Source of the DNA: an uncultured Mycoplasmatota bacterium
GTDB taxonomy: Bacteria; Bacillota_I; Bacilli_A; RF39; UBA660
Assembly: GCA_946497925.1 (NCBI GenBank)
Contig: CAMMMG010000003.1
Coordinates: 1 to 56,977 of the forward strand
DNA length: 56,977 nt
Direction of reading: 5' to 3'
A model generated the notes under the pieces. That model did not search any database. It was not told the origin of the DNA and worked only from the letters and a program-made list of their open reading frames with translations. Position numbers and translations under genes: made by a program. Shown here piece by piece: positions 8,824 to 16,831 of the stretch. The first letter of the stretch is position 1. Each line of letters opens with the position of its first letter.

Positions 8824-9920
8824 TTAGTCCTCCTTTTAGACTACTTTCAATAAAACTATCTATCTCTCCATCTAGTACTCCTTTAGTATTGCTGGTTTCA
8901 TAATTAGTTCTATGATCTTTAACTAGAGAATAAGGATGTAAAATATAACTTCTTATTTGACTACCAAAATCTATATTAGATTGAATACCTTTTTCTTTAG
9001 CAAGTTCTTGTTCTTTTTTTTGTTCTTCTAATACATATAACTTACTTTTTAATACTTGTAAAGCGGTTTCTTTATTTTGAATTTGACTTCTTTCATTTTG
9101 ACAAGTTACAACTATTTTAGTAGGTAAGTGAGTAATACGTACGGCACTATCTGTTGTATTTACTCCTTGACCTCCGGCACCTGTTGAACGATAGACATCT
9201 ATTTTTAAGTCTTTTTCATTTATATCTATCTTAATATCTTTAGATATTTCTGGAGTTACATCGATGCTTGCAAAGGATGTATGACGACGATTAGATGAGT
9301 CAAAGGGAGATAGTCTAACTAGACGATGAACTCCTTTTTCATTTTTTAAATAGCCATAAGCATATTCACCTTTTACTTTGAAAGAGACACTCTTAATTCC
9401 TGCTTCTTCACCTGCTTGATAGTCAAGTAGTTCTATTTTAAAGTTCTTTTTCTCACAGTATCTTGTATACATTCTATAAAGCATATTAGCCCAGTCACAA
9501 GACTCAGTTCCTCCTGCACCAGGATGTATTTCAATGATACAGTTATTTTTATCATATGGTTTATTAAATAGTAGATAGATACTTAAACTCTTTAAATCTT
9601 CTTTAATAGTTTTATTATCTTCCTCAATTGTTTGTAATAATTCTTTATCACTTTCTTCATCTAACATCTCTAGTAATTCTATAGAGTCAAATATTTTTTT
9701 CTTTAAGTCTATTAACTTAGATGTTCTTTCCTTTAAACTCTTTAACTCACTAATAGTAGTCTCTGCTTTACTAGGGTCACTCCAAAAGTCTTCCTTAGTG
9801 GTTTCTTTTTCTAGTTCTTCTTGTTCTTTAAGTTTTTTATCAGTGTCAAAGTGACCTCCATAAACTTAGTATTTCTTCTTTTTCACTTGTTAATTCTCTT
9901 AATAATTCATTTTTATTCAT
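8795..9920 (-). CDS. prfB: peptide chain release factor 2, requires a programmed +1 frameshift
   Basis: Frame 0 reads MNKNELLRELTSEKEEILSLWRSL then TGA (9920..9846). The +1 frame continues DTDKKLKEQ... into ORF 8795..9667. SPF tripeptide (RLSPFDS) and GGQ ([18 protein letters not shown]) are present. Confidence 0.9.
9845..9860 (-). promoter_or_regulatory. prfB autoregulatory +1 frameshift site
   Basis: Minus strand reads GGAGGT CA CTT TGA C: an internal SD-like element, then the CUU-UGA-C slippery/stop context as in other bacterial prfB genes. Confidence 0.85.
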
Positions 9921-10025
9921 TCTTACCAACTCTCTTTATTAGTATTATACAAGATATTTATTTTTATAACAAAATATTTTTTGTATATTTTATAGAAACT
10001 TGCATATAGTATTAATGAGGAAGGT

Positions 10026-10973
10026 TCACTGATAAGTGTGAAGATCCTCTATATTATAGATTGAACTGTTAGATATTTCTAGCAGTTCTTTTTGTTGTAT
10101 TAATTCAATTAACTTTTTAGCACTATAGTTAGGAATAGTTTTATTTAATGTAACTATACCTACTTCTCTTTTAGGGACTTTAGGTGTTACTTTAATTTCA
10201 TATAGTCTTTTTTCTTTTAAGTCCTCTTCTATAAATTCTTTAGTGGCATATCCAATACCAAAACCTGCTTTAACAAAATCCATGATAAGACTATAACTAA
10301 CTATCTCATTTGGAATATTAGTGGAAATATTATTACTCTTTAAATATTTATTTAAAAATCTTCTTGTATTACTAGGTTCTTTCTGAGTAATTAAAGGATA
10401 ATTAAATAAGTCTTCTATTTTTAGTTGTCCTTTTGTTTTATTATAATAGTCTAGATTACCTACAAAAATATCTTGTACTTCACAGATTGGAACAATTTTT
10501 AAATCTTTATTCTCTTCCATAGGAAGATTCACAACTAATAAGTCTAAATCACCATTTCTTAAAGATGTTATAAGGTTAGAAGTTAGGTCATTTGTTATTT
10601 TAATATCTACTTTAGGATATTTTATATGAAACTTTTCAAGATATGGCATAACTATATTTCTTGTTATAGTTGTACTTGCTCCTATTCTAATAGAACCACT
10701 ATCTAAATTTAGATAGTTTAAGAAAGCATTTTCACCGTTTTTAAAATTTTCTACTCCTTTTTTAACATAATCAAATAATACTTTACCCTCATCTGTTAAA
10801 ACTATTCCTTTCTTTGTTCGTATTAGAAGTTTACCTCCTAGTTTTTCTTCTAAATTCTTAATCGATTGAGTAACAGCAGGTTGAGATATATACATAGATT
10901 CACTTGCTTTGGAAATACTTCCATTTATTACTATTTCATAAAATACCTTGTATAGTTCATAATTAATATTCAT
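10026..10973 (-). CDS. LysR-family transcriptional regulator
   Basis: N-terminal HTH (FYEIVINGSISKASESMYISQPAVTQSIKNLEEKLG) plus a LysR substrate-binding domain. Divergent from the 11059 operon. Confidence 0.85.
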   Translation of the reverse strand: MNINYELYKVFYEIVINGSISKASESMYISQPAVTQSIKNLEEKLGGKLLIRTKKGIVLTDEGKVLFDYVKKGVENFKNGENAFLNYLNLDSGSIRIGASTTITRNIVMPYLEKFHIKYPKVDIKITNDLTSNLITSLRNGDLDLLVVNLPMEENKDLKIVPICEVQDIFVGNLDYYNKTKGQLKIEDLFNYPLITQKEPSNTRRFLNKYLKSNNISTNIPNEIVSYSLIMDFVKAGFGIGYATKEFIEEDLKEKRLYEIKVTPKVPKREVGIVTLNKTIPNYSAKKLIELIQQKELLEISNSSIYNIEDLHTYQ

Positions 10974-11058
10974 ATAAGTTCTCCTTATGTTTAATATAAA
11001 TAATATATATTATACTTATATCATGTTTTTAAGTATAATGCAATTGAGGAGGGAAATT

Positions 11059-11904
11059 ATGAGTGATTATATTAAAGTATTAGGATTTCAATTAGCTCTG
11101 GAACTAAAAAGTGATAATATTTATGAATACTTAATTAATAATGATTATTATGAGGAAGAGATAAAAAAATCTTTAGAAATAATTAATGAGCTTAATCCTG
11201 ATATTGTTATTTACCCGGAGATGAGTTATATAGATAAATATAAAAATACTTTCATAGAACTTTCTAAAGATAAATTAATAATCGCAGGAAGTATTTATAG
11301 AGGGATGATTAATACTACTATTATTTTTCAAAATGGAGATATGTTTGAAATTCCAAAACAGTATGCAAGTGGTGCTGAACCTATGATTAGGCATATCGAT
11401 AAAATTAAATCTAGTGAATTTTTAAGAGATAGTTTAGATAGTCATACTTTTATAATAAAGAATAAAAAAATAGTTATATTAAACTGTATGGAGTACTATA
11501 ATCTAGCTTATTATGTTGCAAGAGAAATTAAAGATATTTTTGCAATTGTTAGTCCTTGTTCTAATAATAATCAAAAAGTATTTAGGATGGAAAGTGATGC
11601 AATTCATAATCATAATGAGAATATTTATTCTTTTGTTGTTAACTGTGTCTCTAATTATAATGGAGAAAGGTATGCGAAAGGGGAGAGCTATGTTTATGGT
11701 CCCATTCAGTATCATGAGAAGGATTGGTTAAAGTTAGAGAATATTTCTAGTTATGAGCATCTTAGTTCTATTTTAGTGCTAGATAATAATCCTAGTTATT
11801 TCTATGGAGAGTTTACTAATAATTTAGTTCCTTATGGAAGAAGTGATAATTACTATAATAACCCTCAAAATATATTAGTTAAGAAGTTAGAGAGGAGAAA
11901 ATAA
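11059..11904 (+). CDS. divergent carbon-nitrogen hydrolase (nitrilase superfamily)-like protein
   Basis: GAGGAGGG Shine-Dalgarno before ATG 11059. Candidate E-K-C triad contexts: IVIYPEMSY, FEIPKQYAS, VILNCMEYY. The stop lies 1 nt before the coaB start. Confidence 0.45.
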   Translation: MSDYIKVLGFQLALELKSDNIYEYLINNDYYEEEIKKSLEIINELNPDIVIYPEMSYIDKYKNTFIELSKDKLIIAGSIYRGMINTTIIFQNGDMFEIPKQYASGAEPMIRHIDKIKSSEFLRDSLDSHTFIIKNKKIVILNCMEYYNLAYYVAREIKDIFAIVSPCSNNNQKVFRMESDAIHNHNENIYSFVVNCVSNYNGERYAKGESYVYGPIQYHEKDWLKLENISSYEHLSSILVLDNNPSYFYGEFTNNLVPYGRSDNYYNNPQNILVKKLERRK

Positions 11905-11905
11905 G

Positions 11906-12670
11906 ATGAAGAAAAATATAATTGTAACAAGTGGTCCTACTAATGAGAGGATTGATGCCGTTATGAAAATTACTAATATGTCTACAGGGACTTTGGGAGC
12001 AATAGTGGCAGATGAATTGTTGAGGGAAGATGAGTTAGGTAAATTATACTATATATCACCTAAACTTGCTTATAAGCCTAGAACTAAAAGTGAAAAACTT
12101 GAACTTGTTCAAATAGAATCTGCTGTTGATTTACTTAAGGCCCTAAAAGATATTATTACTAATAATGATATTTATGGAGTAATACATTCTGCTGCAGTTG
12201 GTGATTATTATGGAGAGTATGCTATTACTGGAGAACAACTTGCTTCTTTAATTGCTAGTGAAGTATATAATAAAGAGTTAGATAAAGAAGAACTAAAAAA
12301 GACTATTTTAGAAGTTATAAAAAATCCTGATATGATAACTGATAATACCCATAAGATATCATCATATCAAGATAATTTAATGGTTAAGTTAGGACTTACT
12401 CCTAAAGTTATTAGCAGCATTAAAGAATTTAATCCTAGTATAAAATTAATTGGTTTTAAGTTACTAGATAGTGTTTCTAAAGAAGAACTAATTAGTGTTG
12501 CATCTAGGTTAAGAGAAAAGAATAAAGCAGACTATATTGTTGCAAATGACTTATCAAGGATTGGCAATGGGAGACATTATGCTACTATAATTAATGAAGA
12601 TGGTATTTATAGTGAATGTGAAACTAAAGATGATATTTCTAAAACACTTAGAAAAATATTATTTAAATAG
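11906..12670 (+). CDS. coaB: monofunctional phosphopantothenate--cysteine ligase (CoaB-like)
   Basis: N-terminus IIVTSGPTNERIDAVMKITNMSTGTLGA and ANDL near the C-terminus match the streptococcal-type CoaB/DFP C-terminal domain. Confidence 0.7.
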   Translation: MKKNIIVTSGPTNERIDAVMKITNMSTGTLGAIVADELLREDELGKLYYISPKLAYKPRTKSEKLELVQIESAVDLLKALKDIITNNDIYGVIHSAAVGDYYGEYAITGEQLASLIASEVYNKELDKEELKKTILEVIKNPDMITDNTHKISSYQDNLMVKLGLTPKVISSIKEFNPSIKLIGFKLLDSVSKEELISVASRLREKNKADYIVANDLSRIGNGRHYATIINEDGIYSECETKDDISKTLRKILFK

Positions 12671-12672
12671 TA

Positions 12673-12698
12673 AAAGACTCCGTCATGAGTCTTTTATA
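12673..12698 (+). terminator. intrinsic terminator, possibly bidirectional (coaB / proS convergent)
   Basis: AAAGACTC, a 6-nt loop, GAGTCTTT, then TATAAA. The stem is 8 bp. Confidence 0.6.
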
Positions 12699-13968
12699 AA
12701 TTCTTAAAGTAATCAACTATTTCAGATACATTAACTGTTTCAGTAGAATTATCTTTTGTATTTTCTATACAATAATTTTCTCCATCAAATTTATTTCCTA
12801 ATATAATCATTTTAGGAGTACCAAGTACATATACATCATTAATTCTATTACCAATTGTTAAATTTTCTCTATCGTCAATAATAGCATTAATGTTATTATC
12901 TGTTAATTCCTTATATAAAAACTCAGCTTTATCTTTATTATTCTCATTATAGATAATTTGTACTTTATAAGGAGCGATTTCATAAGGTAGAGCGAAGCCT
13001 TTAATTTTATCATCATTTCTAATAACGTTGTTTTCTATTAGACAAGCGATTATTCTACCTAATCCTATACCATAGCATCCCATATAATATGGCTTATTAT
13101 TACCATTTTCATCTATATAGAACAATTTCATGCTTTCTGAATATTTTGTTCCTAATTGGAAATTATTACCTAACTCTACTGCTTGATATTCTTTTAATTT
13201 ACTAGTATCATTAATATTTAACTGTTTTAAATAATCATCTTTATTATCAAATTCTAATACTTCTTTATTAATACCTAGATCTTGTTCTTCATCATATAGA
13301 ACTGTATCTTCTCCAAGTTTAGTTGCAGCTTGGAACTCTTCGGCAACACTTCCACCTATTACACCATTATCACTTACTGTAGGCATTATTTTTATACCTA
13401 GTCTTTTAAAGATATTTAAGTAAGCTTCATGCATTAAATCATATGTTTTTCTCATATCTTCTTCTGTTTTATCAAAAGAATATGCATCCATCATGACAAA
13501 TGTTCTTGGTCTAAAAAGATATCCTCTAGTTCTTATTTCTTTTCTAAACTTCTCTCCTATTTGATAATATATTGCAGGTAAATTCTTATATGAAGGGAGC
13601 CTATTGGCACCAAATAGGGTTGCACATTCTTCTGCTGTAGGGGCAAGTCCATATTCTCCTAGATTATTATCTAGAGTAAACATAATATCTCCTTCTTTAG
13701 TATACATATCCCATCTATTAGATTGTTCCCATATTTTCTTTGGTTGTAGTTTAGGAAACTCTACTTGAATACATCCTACTTTATCTAATTCTTCAATAAT
13801 GATATTTTCAACTATTCGTTCTAATTTAGTCCAAAGATTTCCATATCCATAAATACCACTTTCATATTGATAAAGTTCTCCTAATTTCATTAAGATATCT
13901 TGTCCTGAATAGTTCTTATCAATATCATTTAAGTTAATCTTTTTAATATTTAATCTACTAAGTCTCAT
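12694..13968 (-). CDS. proS: bacterial-type prolyl-tRNA synthetase lacking the INS editing domain
   Basis: AAGAGGAA Shine-Dalgarno before ATG 13968. Class II motifs: LAPTAEE, FRKEIRTRGYLFRPRTFVMMDAYSF, GCYGIGLGRIIACLIE. An anticodon-binding domain is present. At about 424 aa there is no room for a ~180-aa INS. Confidence 0.7.
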   Translation of the reverse strand: MRLSRLNIKKINLNDIDKNYSGQDILMKLGELYQYESGIYGYGNLWTKLERIVENIIIEELDKVGCIQVEFPKLQPKKIWEQSNRWDMYTKEGDIMFTLDNNLGEYGLAPTAEECATLFGANRLPSYKNLPAIYYQIGEKFRKEIRTRGYLFRPRTFVMMDAYSFDKTEEDMRKTYDLMHEAYLNIFKRLGIKIMPTVSDNGVIGGSVAEEFQAATKLGEDTVLYDEEQDLGINKEVLEFDNKDDYLKQLNINDTSKLKEYQAVELGNNFQLGTKYSESMKLFYIDENGNNKPYYMGCYGIGLGRIIACLIENNVIRNDDKIKGFALPYEIAPYKVQIIYNENNKDKAEFLYKELTDNNINAIIDDRENLTIGNRINDVYVLGTPKMIILGNKFDGENYCIENTKDNSTETVNVSEIVDYFKNL

Positions 13969-14089
13969 AATAATTCCTCTTTTCTTTAATGATATTATAT
14001 GTGTATTTTTCTTGTACGTCAAATTAAACTTTAAAAGATGCTAGCATAAACTAACATCTTTATCTTTTTCCACAGATATTGTGGATATT

Positions 14090-15151
14090 TTAATTATTAG
14101 ATTCTTTTATGTATTTTAATTCTCCCATACGTGATGTTGGGATGAAACCAGATTCACTTGCAATTACATCAGGAATTCTATTAACAATGGCTGCACAAGT
14201 TAATCTTACTGTATCTGGTTTTTCAATTACTAGAGTTGTATCAGGTTCACCATAAATTGTCCATTCATTTCTATCAAACTCATCTTTATTGTAAACTTTA
14301 CCAATACATTCTGTTTCTAGAGTAATACCTTCTTTTGTTTTTGTTGTAACAACAGCACTCATACCTGTAGCCATACCAGATTTAACTGTCATTCCTAAAG
14401 TAGATGATTCAATATCATAATCATTGAACTGAGGAACACATTTTTGACGTTGACTCACTACTGTTAAACCTAATTTATCGCAAAGCCAACCATTTACATT
14501 CCACATATATGATGGAGAGTAAGCACCACTTTCTATTACTTTTCTTCTTTCTTCATCACTTATTTCATCAGCTTTAGCTACTTGTGCATCAAACTCTTCT
14601 TTTGTAAGTCCTGCTCCATGAGCTTTAGCAAGAGCGATACCATAGTCTTCTACATTGTAAGATGAACTACCTTTTATCTTAGTAATATTATGACTTGATC
14701 CAATTAAAGTAGTAATTAGATTACCCCAGAAAGCATCTTGATAACCACTACCTGTAATTGTACAATTATTTTCTTTAGCAAGTTTATCAATTTTGGCTGT
14801 TAAAGTAGGATTAGAGTTCATTGGGAAGAATGCTTCTTCACATGTAGTAATAGCATTAACTCCACATTTTGCACATACCATTAGGGCATCTTCTACATCA
14901 GAAAGTAAACTCATAGTTGTAACGATAACACAATCAGGTTTTAATTCAGTTAGAAGTTCTTCTGCCTTATTAGCATTATCAACAACTACTCCTACTTTAT
15001 CTCCTCCCATAATTTCTCCGATATCTTTTCCTATAACATCTGGATTAATATCAACAGCACCAACTATAGTACCACCGTTTTCTATGACAAATTTCATAGT
15101 ATAGACACTCATTTTTCCACAACCATATTGGAATATTCTTAATCCTTTCAT
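14090..15151 (-). CDS. NAD(P)-dependent amine dehydrogenase, DapB-like / 2,4-diaminopentanoate dehydrogenase family
   Basis: Rossmann N-terminus LRIFQYGCGKMS...GAVDINPDVIGKDIGE and overall resemblance to the Ord/DapB-like family. Start chosen at ATG 15151. Confidence 0.5.
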   Translation of the reverse strand: MKGLRIFQYGCGKMSVYTMKFVIENGGTIVGAVDINPDVIGKDIGEIMGGDKVGVVVDNANKAEELLTELKPDCVIVTTMSLLSDVEDALMVCAKCGVNAITTCEEAFFPMNSNPTLTAKIDKLAKENNCTITGSGYQDAFWGNLITTLIGSSHNITKIKGSSSYNVEDYGIALAKAHGAGLTKEEFDAQVAKADEISDEERRKVIESGAYSPSYMWNVNGWLCDKLGLTVVSQRQKCVPQFNDYDIESSTLGMTVKSGMATGMSAVVTTKTKEGITLETECIGKVYNKDEFDRNEWTIYGEPDTTLVIEKPDTVRLTCAAIVNRIPDVIASESGFIPTSRMGELKYIKESNN

Positions 15152-15290
15152 TTTTACCATCCTTTCTAAATTCATTATAACATTTTAATTTGATAGAATG
15201 TGTGATTAACAAAAAAAGTTATACTTTTTATCATAACTTTACATTTCTTTTTTATTACCAATTTTATTACTTATAGCTTTTTTATTATCT

Positions 15291-15316
15291 AACATGTCGG
15301 AGTTTCCGACATGTTG
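15291..15316. repeat. perfect 11-bp inverted repeat (hairpin)
   Basis: AACATGTCGGA gttt TCCGACATGTT. It sits just beyond the DinD-like remnant. Confidence 0.7.
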
Positions 15317-15348
15317 AGTTCTTATCAACTTTTTTAACAATAGACTTT

Positions 15349-15504
15349 TTATATGATTTTTTTCTCTATTGGCATTGGCACCGTTTTGCCGACGTTGGCA
15401 AAACGGTCACTTACATTAATGTTACTAACATTACATGATATTTTAGTTTTATTAATAATCTTTTTAAAATTTCTCCATCTAGAATATCCTAAAGCTGTTA
15501 TTAG
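15349..15504 (-). pseudogene. DinD-like (DNA-damage-inducible protein D) N-terminal fragment
   Basis: The minus-strand frame reads LITALGYSRWRNFKKIINKTKISCNVSNINVSDRFANVGKTVPMP, compared with E. coli DinD LLGYSEYRHF..AKEACENSGHTIDDHF. It is bounded by stops and has no start codon. Confidence 0.5.
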
Positions 15505-15599
15505 TTATCTTACTCTCCAATATTTAGTTAATATCTTATCAATATTTCTAATATCATTGAAATGATTATCTATACTTATTTAAACTAATTTTTAAAGTT

Positions 15600-15900
15600 T
15601 GACTAAGTATTTCTTTTATAACAATATTATTTAGATTTTTCTTACATATGCTATCAAATAAAATGGTATTTTGTGAACAATGTTAACATTCCTATTTTCT
15701 TCTTTTTGAACTGTCAAGAATTTCTTGACAGTTGAAATTCTCACTTACCTCCCCTTCATTAAAAATATTTTTTATATGCGAACTAATATTATGTTTACTT
15801 GTATCATATAAATCAACCATTTGTTGTTTGTTTTATCTTCTAATTTTACATCTATCTTTGTCTTACCGTCCTCTAATTGATATATTATAATGTTATTTTT
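15600..15900 (-). pseudogene. RhuM-family gene remnant with multiple frameshifts
   Basis: Three minus-strand frames read NNIIIYQLEDGKTKIDVKLED / QQMVDLYDTSKHNISSHIKNIFNEGEVSEN / TVKKFLTVQKEENRNV, which is the conserved RhuM N-terminal order. No start codon, and in-frame stops are present. Confidence 0.6.
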
Positions 15901-16040
15901 CTTAAGGGAATGAATACTATATTTATATATTTTCTATAATATTAAATCACGAATATTTTGTAAAATAGTGTACTCGTTCTAATAGTTATGTGTATGTATT
16001 AACATACAGCTTTACAAATGTATAGTATTATTTTTACAGA

Positions 16041-16075
16041 AAAAACACTTATGACTTAATGAGGTCACAAGTGTT
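16041..16075 (-). terminator. intrinsic terminator after the RibD_C-like gene
   Basis: Minus strand: AACACTTGTGAC, an 8-nt loop, GTCATAAGTGTT, then TTTTTC. Confidence 0.65.
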
Positions 16076-16091
16076 CTTAATATGTTTTTTA

Positions 16092-16784
16092 TTATCTAAT
16101 TATTTTATATTTTAATTGAATATAAGAGTCTTCTAATTTATTACATTCAATTAATTGTAAAGCTTTCAACTTATTTAATTCGTTTACTGTGCTAATAGCA
16201 TCTCCATCTATTAATGTAGAAGTATCTCTACCTCCTACTAATAATGGAGCAATTACAATATTAACATAGTCAATTAAATCTTCTCGTAAGAATTTTCCAT
16301 TTAAATTTCCACCAGATTGGATTGTTATTTTTTCAGCATTATATTTTTGTTTCATATCAGTTAATAAAGTTTTTAAATCTAAAACTTCATAATAGAGAAT
16401 ATCCAAGTTTTCATACTTTTCTTTTAAGGAAAAAGCTATATGATTTTTATTTGTAGTTACTAATATTAACTTTTCTACCCAATTACATAGATAATCAATT
16501 CCATGTTCATTTAAATGAGGTTTATTGTCAATAATTATAAAACTGATATCTACTTTCTCATGATATTCTTTTCTATCATTAATGCCGATTTTAGCCATTA
16601 CTCTACCAGTATTTAAAGAGTAATAATCTGTTGTAGCTTCTATTTCATAATATTGATGTAATCCTTCTTTTACACCTTCAATTTGACACCAATCTTTATC
16701 AGCATCTAAATTATCACTATTTCCACTATTTATTTTTCCATCTAATGATTCTAGCATAAATAGCGTAGTTATAGGTCTTTCCAT
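16092..16784 (-). CDS. dihydrofolate reductase-like / RibD C-terminal domain family protein
   Basis: N-terminus RPITTLFMLESLDGKINSG and C-terminal SGGNLNGKFL...VIAPLLVGG are typical of the RibD_C family. Confidence 0.6.
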   Translation of the reverse strand: MERPITTLFMLESLDGKINSGNSDNLDADKDWCQIEGVKEGLHQYYEIEATTDYYSLNTGRVMAKIGINDRKEYHEKVDISFIIIDNKPHLNEHGIDYLCNWVEKLILVTTNKNHIAFSLKEKYENLDILYYEVLDLKTLLTDMKQKYNAEKITIQSGGNLNGKFLREDLIDYVNIVIAPLLVGGRDTSTLIDGDAISTVNELNKLKALQLIECNKLEDSYIQLKYKIIR

Positions 16785-16831
16785 TTTTTCTCCTTTAATG
16801 CAATTTTACAAAATACTTATATAATAAAGTT

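Noticed and set aside
13969-14089. Looked for a T-box leader upstream of proS.
   Set aside because: The region is only about 120 nt. It is largely occupied by the terminator-like hairpin of the upstream gene (AAGATGCTAG...CTAACATCTT), and no T-box elements are visible.
15353-15565. 70-aa plus-strand ORF in the large gap.
   Set aside because: The region is better explained by DinD-like and RhuM-like remnants on the minus strand. The ORF is hydrophobic low-complexity sequence with no SD.
15709-15733. Perfect 12-bp-arm palindrome AACTGTCAAGAA t TTCTTGACAGTT, considered as an operator or recombination site.
   Set aside because: It falls inside the RhuM remnant and is simply the codons for the conserved TVKKFLTV segment, which happen to be self-complementary.
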